A stretch of 64,000 nucleotides of DNA. Source: Octopus vulgaris (Eukaryota). Below are positions 58,422-64,000 of this stretch, piece after piece. Location of the stretch: positions 9,610,001-9,674,000 of the forward strand of contig OX597838.1 in the NCBI GenBank assembly GCA_951406725.2, in the 5' to 3' direction. The stretch's first letter is position 1. The number at the start of each line of letters is the position of its first letter. The position numbers and the translations under genes were made by a program. The notes beneath the pieces are model-generated. The model saw nothing but the letters and a program-made list of their open reading frames with translations, ran no database searches and was not told the origin of the DNA.

Positions 58422-58489
<68 letters not shown>

Positions 58490-58748
58490 CATACATACAT
58501 ATACATACATATGCCAGATCTTTTGCGAAAACGTAGTGCTTTCGACTTAAGAGACCGATGGCAAAAGTACCTGACTTGAAAAGAGGAAACAAAGCAAACA
58601 AAAAAAAATCTACTTGGATCGATTTGTTCGACTAAACACTTCAAGGCGATGCCACAGCATGAACGCAATCCAATAATTGAAAACAGGTAAAGAGAAGGAG
58701 AAAGAAGAAGCATAAACACATACAAAAGCTTATGGAAAAGTTTCGTAC

Positions 58749-58823
58749 CTGGTGATTTAATTCGCCCTGGCATGGAAACATGTATAGGGAGAAACTGATA
58801 AATAGCAGACACAGAACGTCCAT
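58749..58823 (-). CDS. MMP-B exon 1 (signal peptide; alternative in-frame ATG at 58838)
   Basis: MDVLCLLFISFSLYMFPCQGELNHQ, donor CAG|gtacga, phase 0 as required by exon 2. Confidence 0.72.
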
Positions 58824-59027
58824 TTTCCTCACATCCATCGTTCGTGGATCTCGGCTTCACAATAAACGAAGATTAATATATGGATGTATATAACAAGTTG
58901 CCTGGAAAGGATTTGTATATGTATGCGTGTATGCGTGTATGTGTGTGTGTGAGTGAGTGGGCGTCTGCGCGCGGTGTGTGTAACTATAAATGGAAATGTG
59001 TGTGCCTGTGTGAGTGTGTGTGTGTAT

Positions 59028-59076
<49 letters not shown>

Positions 59077-59798
59077 TATAAAAGGGAATAATTGTTCAGT
59101 TGCACGTATGAGTACATACATATTTAAACGCCTGTATTTGTATATGTATGCGTCTATGTGTGTATGTATGTGTCTGTGCGCAGTGTGTGTAATTATAAAT
59201 GGAAATATGTATATGTGTGTATGTGTACGTGAATGTGTGTGTGTGTGTGTGTGTCTATGAAAGGGAATAGTTGTTCAGTTGTATATATGACTACGTACGT
59301 ATACAAATATGTGTGTGTGTGCGTGTGTGTGCGTGTATGTGTGTCTGTGTGTGTATGTATATGTGTATACGCGCATGTATGTGCATACATACACACACAC
59401 ATATATATATATGTATGTATTTATGTGTGTATGAAGGAGTGGAAAAAAAGGAAAAGTTATAATTGTCCCTATGTGTGTGTGTATGTGTGTATGTGTGTGT
59501 GTGTGTATACATACATACAGATAGACAGACAACAGACAATATGTGTGTGTTTGGGTGCGTTTGTTGTCATGTGACTAGGTATGTACGTCACTAAACAGAT
59601 GATTCTCAAAATCCCAGTTATTTTGCAAGTATGTATATTATATGTATGTATGTGTATGTATTTAGATGTTACAGTGTTTCTGAAAAAAGGGTTCACATTT
59701 TGTCTGGACCCCTTTGATTACTGTTTTTCTAGAATGGACTCCCAAAGCCATTTGAAGTTTTAAGAAATTCCCTTTATATTTTTATAATCAAAATTGAA

Positions 59799-60969
59799 TC
59801 TCTATATATATAAAACTGAGAATGTGTGTCTGTCTGTGTGTTTCCCTAAAACTTGAGAACTACACAACCAATTTCATTCAAATTTTACACATGCCTTACT
59901 TAGGTTCCGGGGAGTGTCATCGGCAAAAAAATTTTTAACTTTTTGCCTAGTATAAGCCCACAGCAATATCATATCTTCTCCACTACGATTCCCTAAAACT
60001 TGAGAACTACACAACCAATTTCATTCAAATTTTACACATGCCTTACTTAGGGTCCATGTAGTTTCATGGGCAAAAAAATGTTCAACTTCTTGCCTAGAGC
60101 GAGCCCATAGCAATATCATATCTTCTCCACTATTTCAGTATTACGTGTTAAAAGTGAAACAAAAACATTTCTCTATTTTATGTCAGATGCTTTCACTTTA
60201 ACAATAAAAATAATAATAACAATTGAATTATATGTAGTAAGTAATAATTAAAATCAAACTAAAGTATAATATAATCGTAACATAACAAAAGTAAAAATAG
60301 CAATTGGTATAAAATTGCATCAATGACTTGAACTTGAATAAGTGGTTTCACATGAATGGGAATAAATTAAAAATAAAATTAGCGTGCAGAAATGGAATAG
60401 TCCAGATGGATAATAAAAAATTAAATTAAAGAAAAGACTATTGTCTATAAAGTATACAATGTAGAGAAAAAGAAGATTTGAACACCTGGAGGAAAGCACC
60501 ATCGAAAAGTGTCTTGGTGCGACTATGAAAGATATCTAACCAGAGGCGGTAAATTCGCCACAATAGAAGCAAGGTTCGAGTCAACGGAGCGTGCAAGGGA
60601 GTACTCGACTCGAACTTGCAAAGTGGAAATATTTTATTTTTACCTTTATATCTGGGACGTAGGACGTCCCGGATAAAAATTAAAATGCCCCCCACCCAGC
60701 AGTAGAGGTAGGCTGGATTGTAGCTACACTTCTATACAAGAGGGAGGACAAGATACAATTGATCGAAATTGCAAGAGACGGGCTTACAATTCCAGTCTGT
60801 TATATATTTTGAGTATTGTTATCACTAGCGATATCAAGATATAACTTTGTATTTTGTATTTTATGTGTAGATGTATATATATAGATGTACATGTAATATA
60901 TACACGTATATATACACATATATACATGCACTAGCACTATGACCCGGCAACGACGGGTCATAATGCTAG
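59799..60969 (+). mobile_element. Non-autonomous Helitron-like element, family 1 (long copy with internal duplication)
   Basis: 5' TC, 3' hairpin then CTAG; homologous to 3287-3951; ttccctaaaacttgagaac segment occurs twice. Confidence 0.75.
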
Positions 60970-61820
60970 CAGTATATAATAATTGGCATGGTTGTATGGT
61001 AAGAATCTTGCTTCTCAACCCCATGGTTCTGGGTTCAGTTCCACTGCGTGGAAAGTGTCTCATACTAAAGTCGTAGTCAACTGACTGAAACGTGTAAAAG
61101 AATACTTTTTATTTTTTTTTTAGTATTGTAAAAGTAATTCCGATTTATTGCAGATAAATCTTAACAACAAACTCTTTTATGGACCCCTATGGCCATACTG
61201 ACCACTAGCCGTTCAAGAATTTGGACCTGGAGATCTCCATTTCCAGCGACTTCGAGGGCCACCTCCCAGTGGTGTCAGGCGTCAACGAAGAGCCCTCGAC
61301 TACAATAAGACGATCAAAGTTTTTTTTTCCAAGGTCTGGGGTCTCCCGCCCCTAAGCCCTAGACCATCCCCTAATCACCCTTACCCGTTTTGTTGCTTAA
61401 CAACAACTACTGACCTCTAAGGGTCATATAGACCTCTGTTGAGAACCACTGGTCAGTGTAAATTTTCATTGAGCTGTATTTATTGTTAATCTTTTATTTT
61501 TTATTTGTTTCGGTCATTGGACTGCGCCCATGCTGGGGCACCAACTTGAAAATTATTTATTAGTCGAACATATCGGCCCTAGTAAGATATTTTCTTTTAA
61601 GTCTGGTACATATTTAATCAGTTTCTTTTGGTGAACCGCTGTATCACAGGCACACAAACAAACCAGCTTTTGCTGTTAAGCGGTGGTAGAGGACAAACCC
61701 GGCACCAACGCAGACACACACACAGATGCAGACCACACACTCACAAACACATGCACACACGTATGTGTGCATTTGTGCGTGTGTATGTAGAATGAGTTTA
61801 TATATATGTCACTGCATGTG

Positions 61821-61879
<59 letters not shown>

Positions 61880-62130
61880 AATGTATGTGTATTTTTTCAA
61901 TGTGTGCAAATAACACGGAAAAAGTAAATAAATGGTTACCAGGGTAGCATAAGTTCACATAAGTACCAGCATACTTATAAAGGTAGAAAATCCCAGGGTT
62001 TAGTGAAATGTTTTTGTATAACATAGATAATTAAATAAACGGAGTTAAACGCAGGTATTATTCAAATCTATATACTTCCGAAATATATGTCGGAAGTATA
62101 AAGATTTGAATAACACCTGTGTTTAATTCC

Positions 62131-62168
<38 letters not shown>

Positions 62169-62723
62169 TTTTATTACTTGTTTCAGTCAATAGACTGCAG
62201 CCATGCTTGTTTCAGTCATGACTGCGGCAATAATTTTTAGTCGAATGTATCGACCCCAATACTTATTTTTTAAAAGCCTGGTACTTACTCTATCGATCTC
62301 TTTGGTCGAGCCGGTAAGTAAACATGCCAACACCGGTCGTCAAGCAGTGGTGGAGAGACAACGCAGACACAAAGACACACACATAGATACATATATACGA
62401 TGGGCTTCTTTCAGTTTCCTTCTACCAAATCCACTCCCAAGACTTTAGTCAGCCCACGGCTATGGTAGAAGACATTTTCCCAAGGTGCCACGCAGTGGGA
62501 CTGAACCCGGAACCATATGATTGGGAAGCAAGATTCTTCGGGTTGGCCCGAAGCTATAGTAGAAGGCACCTGCCCAAGGTGCCACGCAGTGGGACTGAAC
62601 CCGGAACCATGTGACGAGAAGCATTGTAAGTAAGTAAGCTACTTACCACAAGAGAATAACATCAACGTGAGGTCGTGGTACACGCAAAGTATGAGCAGAG
62701 GCTAAGGGAAAGAAAGAAAGGCG

Positions 62724-62758
62724 GTTTTATGTTTCGAGCAAAGCTCTTCTTCAGAAAC
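62724..62758 (-). ncRNA. Minimal Penelope-type hammerhead motif (CUGAAGA core)
   Basis: GUUU-CUGAAGA-A-GAGC uuu GCUC-GAAA-CA-UA-AAAC. Confidence 0.6.
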
Positions 62759-63803
62759 AGGAGACAGAGGAAAGTTCAAGAGAAAAGGAAGACGGAGGGA
62801 AAAAATCGCCAACGATTCACATGTCATTGATAATGTTTTCCTTACCTCAATGATGACGGTGACATATATCAAAAGTCCCCTAGTACTCTATTCATAATAA
62901 AAAGTACAGAACTACATTATCACCCTCAAATTTGAGAAATAAACATTCATAACTTTTTTTCTTTTAAAACTTCATTGCATGAGACTGATATCATGAAATT
63001 CCTCGAATTGAGCTCTATCATTTAAGCTTAATTAAAATATAGTTTGTTTTTAAATTAAAAAAGTTGATTATACTTAAATCCAATTTATTGTGTTGTATTT
63101 CCTCTCGTGATATTTTACCTCCGAGGTCGATATGCCTTTCATTCTTTTGGAGTCGATAAATTAAGTACCGGTTGCATACTGGGGTTCGACCTAATCGACT
63201 GATCCCCTCCCCAAAAATTTCGGACCTTGTGCCTAGAGTAGAAAAGAAAAGGATATTTTACCTCACAACTTTTTATACAAATTTTTGTTGCATGGGAACA
63301 AAACTATGAAATTCTTCATGCTTTCTTCTATCATTGGCGCTAAGATAAATATATTTTGCTTTTAAAATAAAAAAAGTTATTTAGATCAAATCTTGATTGG
63401 AGACGTTACTTACTCTCCTATGATGTTGCTACAAATTTTGATGCAAATTTTTTACTACTGGACCAAATCTCAATTACTTTATGCCAAAATGTACCTAAGG
63501 ACCAGCCCTCTTAAAAAATGTTAACGGTTTTGCATTTGGTTATGAACTGAATTAGCAACAAGCTCTGGAAGATGCTACTTGTGAGTAAATTGCAGCCTTA
63601 AGAATATCACTCAATTACTATTGTAGTTGAATGATTGTTGCTAATACACTGAATTTCTTAAAATTCTGGATAAGGATTGTGGGATTTACCTGAGATTTTT
63701 ATTCTACATACATTTACTGGTATCTACTTGTTGGAAATTTAACATGATTCCTTTATACTGAGTTCTCACTCGATATCTGCCAGGATTTTTTAATCACATT
63801 TCT

Positions 63804-63872
<69 letters not shown>

Positions 63873-64000
63873 CAATAATAATTCTCTAAATGAGATATAG
63901 ACAGTGACTGCTCCATAATATAAGGGATATTAGCCAACTGAATATGGCTAGGGACAGGGCAGGGTGGTGGGGGTGTCACTGTTGCATTTAGCCCCAGCTA

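Overview
Eukaryotic, AT-rich and microsatellite-saturated genomic DNA. The repeat landscape (tRNA-derived SINEs, non-autonomous Helitrons, Penelope-like termini, (TA)n/(TACA)n/(GATA)n tracts) resembles an octopus/coleoid genome; this is inference from recalled repeat families. By manual splicing I find two convergent, intron-rich matrix metalloproteinase (M10A) paralogues. MMP-A is on + (11 coding exons, 10492-35170, about 595 aa): signal peptide, PRCGVKD switch, [11 protein letters not shown] zinc motif, long S/T-rich and basic hinge, four-bladed hemopexin domain. MMP-B is on - (7 exons, 58823-42128, about 300 aa): SRCGNLD switch, HELGHALGLAH motif, no detectable hemopexin exons, S/T stalk and a possible GPI-like tail. 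Nearly all long ORFs in the track are microsatellite translations. The least obvious signal is a dense set of minimal type I hammerhead-ribozyme motifs in Penelope-like repeats. These include back-to-back hammerheads in a long palindrome, a compensatory G3:C8 core variant, and CCGACGA and CUGUUGA core variants.
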